From: Azolla caroliniana
Lineage: Eukaryota; Plantae; Polypodiophyta
NCBI GenBank assembly: GCA_043228905.1
Contig: JBHGNT010000008.1
Coordinates: 12,524,001-12,588,000 of the forward strand
Length of the DNA stretch: 64,000 nucleotides
Direction of reading: 5' to 3'
Below are positions 1 to 11,694 of this stretch, piece by piece (the first letter of the stretch is position 1; every line of letters starts with the position of its first letter). Made by a program: the position numbers and the translations under genes. The notes under the pieces were generated by a model, which had not been told where the DNA came from, searched no databases, and was given only the letters and a program-made list of their open reading frames with translations.

Positions 1-119
1 TCCCATCATGTCCTATTATTCTTCCCCTCTTTTTGAGGTCCCATCAGTGCTAATAAACTATTTTTTCTTGACCTTATACTTTTTATTTACATTCTTTTTT
101 ATACCAAGACCATTTCATG

Positions 120-1182
120 TGCATACATGCACTCCCTTGTTCCATGATAATGAATTGAGACACAAAGCTACAAAACGCATTATGGGAATACAGGACCAGT
201 TATAAGACAAAATTCGCCCAACACTATTCCGAATGGCATTTGGGCTGGAAGCAGTGATGCCCATAAAGTTCCAAATTTCGAGTTTACGGGTGCAAGTGCA
301 AGAACGACTAAGCAAACGTGAGTCAAAGCATATTCAACTAGAAAAATTGTTGGAACTAGAAGAACATCGACTACATGGCCTAATACAATTGGAATTTGAA
401 CAACATCGATGACAAGCGTTCGTGGATTGACATCGGAAAGGGAACGAAAAGTAAAAGTAGTTCGGGATCGAAAAACCGATGTTAGTGTTCCACACACGGA
501 TGGGACTGATGTCGGGGAATTAAAGATTTAGTAGACGGGATTGTATTGGAAAAATGATGAGTTCAAGTGGTCTTATTAGTTGGGGACCTTAGCCAGGTAT
601 GTGTTTGAAAAATGGGTCAATCGGTATCCATTTAAAGACCGGGTGAAAGAAAATGGACGGGACATACTTAACAACAAGGAAGCCACGGCTTGGCACTCGG
701 CAATCATGGATGGATGTGACGTTTTGGTAATCTGGAACGGCAGCAACACCAGACAGGTAATGGAGGTAACGGGGCCAGATGATCGACAGAGTCCACGAAA
801 TCTAGAGCTTACGACATCTGGAGTCGGCCAATAGAGCAAGGAATACAATCAACGTACAATTATGTAAATATGTAAATATGTGATGAAAAAAGAAAAACGA
901 AAAAAAGAAGTTATACGTAACATTATGATGGTTCCATAATTAGCCACGAAACAGTATCATAACTCCGTAAATAGTCACGATGTACAAGGATGACGAAGCA
1001 CGCGCTAATAAAAAAAACAACGCGATGGTGGACAAAAAGACATAAAGATGGGAATAAAAAGTCAAAGAATCAACAAAGACGTCTCATTCAGAGATAAAAA
1101 ATTTCTAGGAGCACATAGCCAAAGAGAGAACAAGAGCGCCCACAACAAACCGGAAGCACAGGACCAATGGAACTCTCCGTTG
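120..1182 (+). mobile_element. Degenerate Ty3/Gypsy integrase C-terminus and 3' internal region
   Basis: Frameshifted translation resembles the Gypsy integrase tail (AFGLEAVMPIKFQISSLRVQVQERL; GTLA..WVN). Homologous to the integrase tail at 5400-5950. Confidence 0.7.
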
Positions 1183-1621
1183 TGTTAGTCGGTCGACTAT
1201 AGGGTCGAAGGTTCGGAGTCAGATAGGTCTGAAAGTGTCGGAGTCAATAAGGTTCAAAAGTATGAAGGAGTCGGAGTCTAATAGACAACGCAAAACGATG
1301 AGTCAGCATTTTGCCAAGTAGATAAAAATAGATATATTAGAATTAGTTAGATAGTTTGTGATTGTTCTTGCCGAACAAAGGCAAGTGTATTCTTGGTATA
1401 AGACTCTCGGTTTACCGATAAAAAGGGACGGAGAGCATTGTATTTCTATCGTTCTATTTTGGTATTAATATAAGCTATAGTTACTCAGATATTAAGTCTT
1501 AATTAGTGACTAGTACGTCTATCCATCCTTCTACCACAATCATCTTGATAAAACGTTTGAATCAGAACATTCGACATATTGTGTCGGCTATGCACAATAA
1601 TCGATTGTTGGCCGAACAACA
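1183..1621 (+). mobile_element. Putative Gypsy LTR followed by PBS-like TGGCACG (1631)
   Basis: Imperfect inverted termini TGTTAGTCGG...CCGAACAACA, internal GGTATAAGA TATA-like motif, followed by TTTGGCACG. Confidence 0.5.
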
Positions 1622-1642
1622 CAATAATTTTGGCACGGTACG

Positions 1643-1860
1643 ATGCCAGGTAAACTTCGATTTCAATGGACGGGACCATTCCGGATAATTGTTACCAAAA
1701 ATGGTACATATCTAGTCGGAACATTGGCAGGTGAAATTCTGCCGAAATGGGTAAATGGGTTCAGACTCAAGCCTTACCAAGGATGGATGCTTGAAAACCC
1801 ATTTCAAATTGGTGTCAAAGATGCAATCTTGGCAAAGATGCAACAGAAAAGCATGATGAC
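1643..1860 (+). pseudogene. Gypsy integrase C-terminal fragment (GPY/F motif)
   Basis: MPGKLRFQWTGPFRI...VNGFRLKPY. Confidence 0.75.
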
Positions 1861-2002
1861 TTCTTGGCAATGTCTTTTTCAGACTATAAATGGACAAGCC
1901 ACATAATCATGCAATCTTCCTTACAGGTGGTGGGCATTGGAAGATATTATTACTATATTGTACTATCGATGTCATTAATAGCATATTCTATTTTAGTAAT
2001 AT

Positions 2003-2470
2003 TTTTACCGATTAGGAACACTGCCTACGGTCAGTCCTTCGACGTAGACCTCAAGGTGACGGTGTTGCAAGGAATGGTACTGTCGTACCGTAATTCGTAA
2101 TGGGATACTCCCTCGTATCCCAGTAGCGTATAAGGGAGACGGCTACCACCAAACTCCTTAGGAAGTGCATTAGTATCTGCACTTACGCCTACACCCATAC
2201 GATTAACATTACGCAACAAAGAACAAAGAACATAGTAGATAAAACCACAGATATACACAGAGATCAAAGAAGATAGTATTCTATTAGAAAAACGCTTTAT
2301 GCACCCAAAATTACACGCTACCTCTTACAGAGGATTTTTGCCCTTTATATACATAGGGCTTTTAGCCGTTCACTCTTCCCGCGTGAACCGTTACATGCGT
2401 TTCTTAACACTTCACTATATTATAATGCTTCTGCGCTTCTGTTTGTCGGTTACTATTCCAGCTGACAACA
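2003..2470 (-). repeat. 3' LTR of the Gypsy element (right boundary approximate)
   Basis: Near-identical to 11435-11694 over ~260 bp; ends GACAACA on the + strand. Confidence 0.7.
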
Positions 2471-2519
2471 CCTGGCACGTCGGACCCATCCCTTTATTCT
2501 TCCTCCAAAATAGCCCGGA

Positions 2520-5003
2520 TGTTTGATTCCACTCCGATGTACTGGTCCAGGGACGACGTAGTGTCCGGCGGCGCGTCGTTGCACGGTTGTATGTCTTGTA
2601 TTTGCTCAGTGGGGCTTTCTATGGCGTCAACATCTCCCTGTGTGGACGGACCAGGCTTTGCTGGCTCATTCCTTTCTATTGTGGCTGGCTCTTCCGTCTG
2701 CAGCCTCTTAGTAGGCTAAGGATTTGTCTTGTCCATAACTTCCTCAGTGTTGTCGGCCATAGTTGTCCTCTCCGGTGAATTGGGTTGAGGTTCCCCCTGT
2801 TCAGCGGTATCACTTTCTGGTATCGCCATGGACTCCGCGCTCGACTGTGCTGCCTGCTTGCATGATTCGGTGAAACAAATCTTCCTGACTTTCGCCGAAA
2901 TCGTCCAGTAGCTACACGAGTTCCTTGGAGTGTTGGCCCGCTAGCGTGCGATAATCTTGCGTTAGGTCCTCGCGTACTGCTTCAATGCCTTCCTCATTGA
3001 GTTTGTATAAACCTCAGTCGTCTTTCCTACGGTTCTCCTAGTCCGCTCGGTAGGTATGCAACTTCGCCGCTTGTGTTGCCCACGCCATCCAGCCTTTGTC
3101 TAGCGTCGCTTGTAATTTCGCCGTAAACCTCTCTCGATTTGTTTGAAGAAGTATGTGCATGTTGTTGGTCATTACTTGGCAGCGGTTTTGCACTTCTTCC
3201 AGGGTTTGCCGCTTCCTCATAATTGCTCTTCATTCCTGCCCATATCTAAGATTCCTTCGAGTGTAATTTCTCCAGCTGGCCCATTTCATTGTTCAAGAAA
3301 ATTTCGACCTGATGCCTCACCTCCTATTCCCGTACGAGTTGCTCGTCCTACCACGCTTTCTTCTTTTCCAATAACACCCAGAGTCCTGTGATCGTCGTTT
3401 CCGATTTTTGGGCTTCCTCCCGTAGTTTGGTGTTTTCTTCTTTCGTACGGGTGTGTGCCGCTGCCTCCGCTTCGAGTTTCTCTTCGAGGGCCTTCACTAC
3501 CTTTCGGCCTTTGGCCCAGATGTCCTTTTCTCTGTCAAAGGATTGGCGGAATTCGGAGCGGAGGCGATCAATCTCGGATTCCACCAGCTGCACGGCCCTC
3601 TTTGCTTTTGAGGCGATGGAAATTTGGGCTTCAACCTCTTCTCTTAGGGACTGGACCTTGACGGTGTTGTCTGTTGGTCTAGATTCCTATTGCACCGTAG
3701 TTGCGTTCCGTTCCAACTCCGCGATGCATTCGTTGGCCTTTTGTAGCTCACCTTGGATCTGTTTAACAGTTTTCCAGACATTTTTGTTTTTAATCGCCAT
3801 ATCTTTGGCTCTGATACTGACCTTAGCCAATTCCCTATGAACCTCGACGAGGGCCGCTTTTAATGGGGGTAGTTCAATTCCCATTCGGTGTATACCGACA
3901 TTCCGTTGTCTGCCTACTCTGGCCAGCACCTCCTCATCCTCGCTTTTTTTCGTTCTTGTTAGCACGTGCTCAATCATTTGTTGTTCCGCGTGCTCCTCGA
4001 CCATTCGTTTTGAGATCTTTATTTGTTGCGTCGCCAAAAATTCCATGAGTTCGTAAGTAGTTCTGAACTATAAAAGTGCGCCGAACTCATGGGTTGTATC
4101 CGTAATGTCCGGATACTTCAGGACCTCGCTTTCCGCTATGACTTGGCCATAATGATTGGCCGTGGTTCCCGGATTATTTCGAAAGTGGTGTTGGGCTCCG
4201 TAGATGCGGAACTATCGACCAATGCAGTCATATTTGTGTCCGCGATTCTGGCTTTATCTGCAGTTGTGTCTTTCACTAAATTGCGCCCATCTTTCCTGTC
4301 CAGCCTACACCGTTTTGGCCTTGGGCTTTCTTGGCGTGTCTCGGCCGCCTCCTCCTGTGTGGTTTGCGTGATGGGCTGGGAAGGTTGTGGTTCGTCTTAC
4401 CATTCCGTGGCAGCCAGTTCTACCAACCGTCATTTCGCAGAACGTGGAGGAGGCGTTGGTTGGCTTGGTGTGGGGGCAGGAAGTCCACGGGGTGGAAATA
4501 GTATCGTCAAGTACTGTTGAATGATTCGCCGGAGCTTTTTCCCATACTGATATGTGTAAAGCCCTTCCCTGAGTGGTAGCCCCGTAATGACACCCCAATC
4601 CACAGCTTTTCCCTCGAAGGTCTTGATAATGACCCCTACCTTTTGCTTAGGCATTCCGTAAGCATTGACATGCACGCAACCAACCTCCAGGAGGAACTTG
4701 GCGACTTCGCGAAAAAAAGTGTTTGGAATCTCCTTCGTCCTGTACGCCTTTGCCATTGTTGAATACCCACCGAAGTATTTTTCGAGCATTTCTGCAAGAG
4801 TGCTGTCGAAGTGTTTTTCCCCAATCGCCAACAAGCCGAGTTTCTTCCGCACCATGGCATTCCTGACCGTGTCCACGTTCAATTTCTTGGCTATGTCCAA
4901 TGCCTCAGGGTGCGGTGGCGATTCGGCGACCCTGATATAGATAGCCCTCAAATCCCTTTTCCAGGAGCCATCGGAAGAGGGCTGCAAAGATAACAATCGT
5001 CAT
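2520..5003 (-). pseudogene. Extra ORF of Gypsy element (globular N-terminus, Pro-rich linker, long coiled coil), now broken by stops and frameshifts
   Basis: ORF pieces 4430-4996, 3687-4046, 3348-3593, 3038-3220. Homologous diverged copy at 50993-52067 (WLLEKGFEGYIRV...ALDI.K.LNVDT...EKHFD). Confidence 0.75.
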
Positions 5004-6043
5004 TGGAAGTGAAGAGAGTTCGTGGGGGTTGGGCGATGTCTGTGGATTTTGGAAGGCTCGAGCTCTGTGATTAGAGGAAGAGCGAGGGGAGTAGGAAGAT
5101 CAATGAGAGCGCGGAGATTGAGCAGAGTGAGGGGAGTGGTAAGAGCGATGAGACTGAGAAGAGGTAAGGGTTGAAGGTTGTTTTCTATAATATGCAAAAA
5201 ACCTTCTAGGGCTAATTGGTCTGTGAGCCATCGTGGTGCCGCATGTTCTTGCTCTAGAAGTTTGTGCATGCATCGAGTCCTTTTAATAGGGTCGCTATCT
5301 TCTCTCTTTTTTCTTTTTTGTAATGGTTAAGTAGAATATTACTTTTACACTATAGTACAAGTAGGTCTCTATAATTACTCCGCGGATTCTACGGCTTTGT
5401 CTTGTCCGGCGGGGAACGGGTTAGGTGTCGTAAGCCCCAGGTAGGGTTTTAAGCGAAACCCATTCACTTTTTGTCATAGCACTTCTCCGGCCAAGGTGCC
5501 AAGTTGAAATGTGCCGTTTTCCGCTCCAACTATCCAATACGGGCCTATCCAGCGGAATCTTAATTTTCCTGGCATTTGCCCCATGCATGTTTGAAAAACT
5601 GACACCGTTTTCCCAACCGTAAAATCCTTTTCACGTGCATGCAGATGTCGTTTCACGAATGCTTTGCGTCGCCGCTACTCTTGTTCCAATATGGCCATAC
5701 TGCGTAACCGTGTTTCGCCTAGTTCTAGCAGTTGTTGTAGCCGTATTTGTTCGGATTTGTCCTATGGCAGCCGGTCTCGTACTTGAATCCGTAGACTGGG
5801 TACCTGAAATTTGACTAGCATTACGGCCTCCAGCCCAAATGCTAGCCTGAAAGGCGTGGATTGTATGTTGGTCTTATTGTTGGTTCGGTATGCCCATAAT
5901 GCGTTGTGCAATTTGGTATCCCAATTTGTTCTATTCTCATTGACTATCTTTTTTAGGATAGTTTGTAATGTTTTGTTCGTGGATTCGGCTAAGCCATTTT
6001 GCCTGTGGGTAATACGGCATACTCTTTTCGTGGACCACGACGT

Positions 6044-6771
6044 TGTCGTAGTGTATTTCGTACACTACGTGAAAAAGTAAAAATAATATAACCGATTAAA
6101 TTACATATAAATAAATAAAATAAGAATATCAAGATATTTATCACGTGCATAGGGCAAGATTCGAACCTTGTACCTCCACGTAGCCAAACCTCAACTTTAC
6201 CATTATGCTACCTTATCTTTAGTGTTTTATAAATAGATTTAATAACTATAAGTGCTTTATTTGCGCCTACCTTTATTAAAAGGTAAATCATGTATTTTTA
6301 GAGTGCGTGAATATTTTATAGAAAAACGCAAGCAACTAAAAAGTGACTCATGCACATCTAGCGTGCATGAGCACTATATTTAGCAAATAAAAGCAAGGAT
6401 TAGAAAAGCATCACATGCACATTTAGTGTGCATGAACATATTAGAAAAAAACATGTAGCTATGCTTAGTCTCTCCCATCACTATATAAGGATGGGGAGCA
6501 CATTGTAGTTTTTGTTGATTATTTTTCTATAATGATCAATCAATCTAAAATATTCGTGGGATTCACGAATTTGCTAAAATAATTCTCTCTTACTACCTAA
6601 ATATTGACTAAATATACTAAACTCGTGGGATTCACGAGATTGCTATCTTACTTCTCTTTCTAATAATCTATCCATTACTAGCCTCATCTCATATTCTTCT
6701 TTCTCCTAGTCCAAAACCCCAGTGGTTCCCACCCGACTCACGCAAACGATCCGGAGCCGAAAGGCACGACA
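6044..6771 (+). mobile_element. Solo LTR inserted in the Gypsy integrase, 4-bp TSD ACGT
   Basis: Termini TGTCGT...ACGACA. ACGT at 6040-6043 and 6772-6775. Removing it restores integrase TQHYVVVHEK. TATA-like CTATATAAGG at 6481. Confidence 0.85.
6145..6212 (-). promoter_or_regulatory. tRNA-like Pol III type-2 promoter module inside LTR
   Basis: Minus strand: A-box TAGCATAATGG (6210-6200), B-box GGTTCGAATC (6167-6158), 32-nt spacing, TTTT downstream at 6120-6117. Confidence 0.6.
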
Positions 6772-9700
6772 ACGTAGTGTTGGGTCAGTTCGCTGATGAC
6801 CGTATTCAAAAAATGACTCTCGTGGTCACTGATGAGTTCAATAGGGTAGCCAAAACGACACCAGATATGTTCGTAAAGAAACTTCATTGTGACTACCGCG
6901 GTATTTTTGCGTAGTGCTTTCGCTTCTACCCACTTGGTGTAGTAATCCGTAGCCACCAGGATATACTTATTGCCGGTTTGGGTAGCCACCGGTGTAAAGG
7001 GCCCCACAAAATCGAGCCCCCACTTTTGGAAAGGATCCAACAGCAACACCGGTTGATGTGGCATTCTCGCAACTTCCGTGGGCTGGCCCATCCGTTGACA
7101 TAAATCGCACTGTTTGCAATATTCATACGCATCCTTTTGCGTAGTTGGCCACCAAAGTCCTGCTTGCCAGATTTTCTGGGCCGTAACATCGCCCACATAA
7201 TTTCCTCCCGTCGTACCACAATAGCTTCACGTAAAACCGTTGCCTTCTCATCCTGCTATATTCCGCGCCTCCAAATGCCTTCACTGCCTTTGTGATATAG
7301 GACGTCTTCAACTGAACAGAAATTACGACTCTGGTCGGCCAGCTGTTTTTTCTCGTCCGTCCTTAATTGTGGTGGAGATAACCCCGTGGTCAAAAAGTAG
7401 GTCATTTCCATCCACCACCGATACGGAAAAGTCTTTTCTATTCTTGTTGCTAAAGTTGCTACTCGCAGAATGTCCGCATCCGGAAAGTCATCGTCATCCT
7501 TTTGCGCCATTTCTCCATTATCTAATCTGCTCAAGAAATCCGCCACTGCGTGTTGCACACCCGATCGGTGCTGAATTACAAAGTCGAATTCTTGGAGCAA
7601 CAGCATCCATCTAGCCAATTTTTCTGTCAATGCCTGTTTCTCCACCAGATATAGCAATGTCATATGATCCATGTGAAATGTGAATTTTCGCCCTAGCAGA
7701 TAATGCCGGAATTTATTGATGTTGTATATAATACCCAACGCTTCACGTTCCGTTGTGGAATAGTTACGCTCAGCCGTTGATAGTTTTCGACTGGCGTAGT
7801 ACACTGGTCGGTACCAATTCGGCTCCGTGAGCTGCATCAGCGCACTACCTATTGCTATATATGAGGCATCCACAAAAATGTGAAATGGTTTCGCCCAATC
7901 TGGTGGTTGTACGACTGGTGCCTGTGTTAGCATTATTTTTAGCGCATCATATGCATTTTCTTCCGTAGCTATCCATTTGAAAGGAGTACGGTGGACGGCG
8001 GCATGTAATGGTGTGGCGAAATCCATCAAATAGCGTATCATCCGACTGTGCCATCGTATTTGTCCCAAAAACCGACTATCAAGTGCTTTGGCGTTTGTCG
8101 GCGTTTTTGCGTGAGTAATCGCGGAGATTTTGTTTGGATCTACCGCTATCCCCTCCTTACTGACTATGTGGTCGAGGAGGGCTCCACTGGTGATGCTGAA
8201 GGCACATTTGGTAGGATTCAAGGTTAAGCGTGAAGTTCGGCAACGCTCCAGGCAAAGCCGTAGATGCGTAAAATGTTCGGTTGTTGTCCCATACACTACA
8301 AAATTGTCTAAAAATACCTGCATGAAGGCGGGTATATATTCCCCAAAAATCTTTGCGATTGTCCGTTGAAATGTAGCCGGCAACGTCTTTAGCCCGAACA
8401 TCATGACGACCACGACATAAACTCCCCAGTCCGTGACAAATGCCGTCTTTTCTTGGTCATTGGGGTGCATGTGTACTTGATTGTAGCCACCGAAGCCGTC
8501 TAGAAAGTTGTACACGTCATGTCCTGCGACTGCATCCAGTACGCTGTTAGTGAAAAGGTAAAGGGAACACATCTGTAATAGTTACGGCATTCAATTTCCG
8601 GTAGTCCACACACACACATATTTTTCCATTTTTCTTGGGTACGACTACTATCGGACTTAGCCATGTAGCTTGCTTGACTGGTCGAATGAATCTGGCCTTG
8701 AGAAGTTTGTTGATTTCCTCTTTTACACGAGCCGCGTAATTCGGGTTCATGCAGTATCGACGTTGTTGGACTGGTTTCGCATCAGTCACTAAATTGATCT
8801 TATGTTGATAGAACCTCGGATCTAATCCCTTCATGTCCTCGTGGGACCAAACGAACACATCTTTATACTCCTTAAGCAGTGCTATCATCACCTCTCGTTG
8901 ATCCGGTAGTAACTCTTTTGCGATGGAGAGGAGTCGAGGGTCTGATGTCGTTCCTAGGTTAACTTCTTCTAGGGTTGAGGTAGTGACTCTTCATGAAATT
9001 TCTATTTCCTTCTCGAACGCCGCCCATGCTCTGCTTAATTGCATGATCACCTCTAGGTCTGGTTCATAAGCCTCTTCGTGAAGTAAAGTAGGCGTAGTGT
9101 ACTCCGTCGCGGTTTCTATTACGTCGATTTCGAATAGCGGAATGATTCGGGGGTGCTCGTCCAAGTATGCTTCCAACTCAGTATCCTCCACCCCATCCAA
9201 CATATTTATATCTTCCGCGTATAATGGTGTTATCCCCTTGGGTTGTGCTGTCATTTCCTCTGTGGGTACGCGAACCTTGGTGCATCCTCAGCGAAAACTG
9301 ATGCACTTATGTTGCCAGCTTTGTTTGGTATTCGCCGAACGAAGCCAAGGTTTGCCAAGCAGCATTGGATACGCTCCCAAAGCGTTGAGGGCGAGGACTA
9401 CTGTCGAGATGTCGAAGTGATGTCCGCCAATGATGATGCCTAATTTTTGGATTAAGCCTAAAGGCCTAACTAAGCAGGTATCCGCCATGCTAAGCTTCCC
9501 ATTCTAAAATTCCCAATTGTTCGCATGTCTTCGCATTAATTACATTGACGCTAGAGCCCCCATCGATTACGCATCGTTTGATTTCCTAACCGTGTAATAC
9601 CAACTTAATAGCTGGATTGTGGTGATCCACCACCGTTGGTCCGTTGCTGGTGTCCGTAAAATTTGCAGAGACGCTGACCCCCGGTCTGCCCGTTATGCGA

Positions 9701-11434
9701 TCCTCTATGGCTTGGCGGAACCGTGGAACTAATTGAAGTAGTTTCTCCATGGTCAGTGTTATTTCGCAGCCTGCCAATGCCTGCCATACGGGATCCGGGG
9801 ATATTATGTCTTCCTCCAATGGCCCAACCTTGTTTGCGGACTCCTGCCGCATGCACTCCGTATTGGCCGCATTCGCTTTTTCGACCCATGCTTGGGCTAT
9901 CTTATGTATCTCATCTTGCGCGACCCAATCAGCATTTTTCGTTTGCTGCGTAGTGGAAATTGAGTGGCATAATGTCCAGGTTGTTGGCAAACAAAACAAT
10001 GGACGCTGGATTCGCCTTTCTCAGCAGCCGGTAGCGTGTTCCTATCCCAAGATGTGGCTTGCTCCTCCTGGTCTTGGTTTATTCTTCTGAAATTCCGCGG
10101 TGGTTGTTGGTCCCGGCGCGGCTCCTGGTGTCGGTCATCTTCCGAACTTTCGTCGTAACGCCATTGGTTCCTATACTATCGATCTTTCTCGTGAAGCCCA
10201 TTGAAGCCACCACGTTTGTTCGCCAAATGGTAGTTTTCGTAACGGCGTCCTCCTTTATTATATCCGTGGTCACCTCGGTAGTCTTCGTCCTCCGGCTCTT
10301 CTTCCTCGAAATCATTGTTATTCCGGCGATTCCAGTAGTGTTGATCGTCGCGTGGATTCCGATCCGTATACCGGGGTCGTTCTTCTTGGCGCTTGTGATC
10401 ATTTCGGCGAGGTGGTCGCGGTGTTTCTACGCTTCGTACCATGGGCGTGGGTCTGTTCAGCATATTGTATTCACACTGCTTGACCGTGTGTGCTTTCGAG
10501 TGACAGATTGGGCAGTGGATTCGCATGTTGCATTCCTTTGCGGAATGCCCGGAATTGAGGCAAATCGTGCACTGTATTGCCTGACGAAAATGTCGTTCCT
10601 CGTCCTGAGGTAACGCTTGTCGTAATGAAGACATGGAAAACCTTTCCTCTTCTTCATCTAGCTCAAGTTGTAACGCCCGCTCTATGACCATATCGGTTGT
10701 TTCTCCTTTCACGTTATTGTTGTTGAGCGTCGTCTGTATAGGTCGTCGTAAGGCTGCCAAAAATGTCTCCCAAGCCTCGTCATCTGTCAGGCCCCGTTCT
10801 AATTTCCGCCGCAGATTTTGTAAGCGTAAACTAAACTCCGCGACAGACTCGATTGGCAACTGTTTGATTGTATAAACTGCCCGATGATTTCGTGTTGTGG
10901 CACCCTTCGATGAAAGAAACGCAGAAAGGCCGACTGCAGCTGGTCAAAGGTCGTGATTGCTGGCAGATCCATCTGCGAATGCCAAAACGCAGCTCTACCA
11001 TCTAGAGTTAATCCAAACTCTGTCATTTCGGACTGGTGCGCTACCTCTTCTGGAAGTTTCTGCGCCATGTGATTCGCATTCCAAACATTCAAGAACATGC
11101 GAATGTGGGTTGCAGCATATGTTTCGCCGTTGAAGCGGGGATAGGAGAAGGCCATGTTGTACGCTACGGCGGGCAAGGGAAGACCACAAAACTTGTGTGG
11201 TGACGGATGTTCCTGCGTGTCGCCGTGGTATTTGGTGAGAGGGAAGTCGACTTTGTGGTCCCAACCGATATCACTAAGGCAAGGCTTTTGCCTTGCACAT
11301 TCCTCTACCTGACGTGTGATGGACCTTGTGATTAGTCGGTCTTGTCGTGTCGGTTCTCTGGGTCATCTACGGCTAAACATCCATTCGTCGTTGTTCGTTT
11401 GCAAGAATACACAGATCACCAAGTGTGCCAAACG

Positions 11435-11694
11435 TGTTACCGATTAAGAACACTGTCTACGGTCAGTCCTTCGACGTAGACCTCAAGGTGACTGTGTTGC
11501 AAGGAATGATACCGTCGTACCGTAATTCGTAATGGGATACTCCCTCATATCCCAGTAGCATATAAGGGAGACGGCTACAACCAAACTCCTTAGGAAGTGC
11601 ACTAGTATCCGCACTTACGCCTACACCTGTACAATTAACAATACGCAACAGAGAACAAAGAACACAATAGATAAAACCACAGATATGCACAGAG
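11435..11694 (-). repeat. 5' LTR (truncated) of the Gypsy element
   Basis: Starts TGTTACCGATT on + strand and matches 2003-2262; adjacent to the PBS. Confidence 0.8.

Larger units (their letters stand above)
5400..11300 (-). pseudogene. Gypsy gag-pol (gag, protease, RT, RNase H, integrase), frameshifted
   Basis: CTICLNSGHSAKEC and CPICHSKAHTVKQC; VCVDYRKLN; MMFGLK..PATFQ; VFLDN; FVDAS..AIG; ERNYSTTERE; KWGLDFVGP; WIGPY. Confidence 0.9.
2003..11694 (-). mobile_element. Decayed Ty3/Gypsy LTR retrotransposon (non-chromovirus-like) with extra 3' ORF
   Basis: Homologous LTRs at 2003-~2470 and 11435-~11694 (the latter truncated). PBS-like TGGCACACTTGGTG at ~11417-11430. Domain order gag (two CCHC knuckles), PR (VIDGGSSVN), RT, RNase H, INT. 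Confidence 0.9.

Noticed and set aside
2025-2040. 16-mer CTACGGTCAGTCCTTC shared between the Gypsy LTR and the Copia LTR (~34713)
   Set aside because: About one 16-mer match is expected by chance in a 64-kb self-comparison. It has opposite orientation relative to the elements and is not conserved in other Copia LTR copies.
5000-5269. Leu/Pro-rich 89-aa ORF as N-terminus of the extra ORF
   Set aside because: Comparison with the second copy places the start near 5003; this stretch is a CT-rich leader.
6145-6212. Functional tRNA genes here and at 58635-58850
   Set aside because: Only A/B boxes and a partial T-arm are recognisable; no convincing acceptor or anticodon stems.
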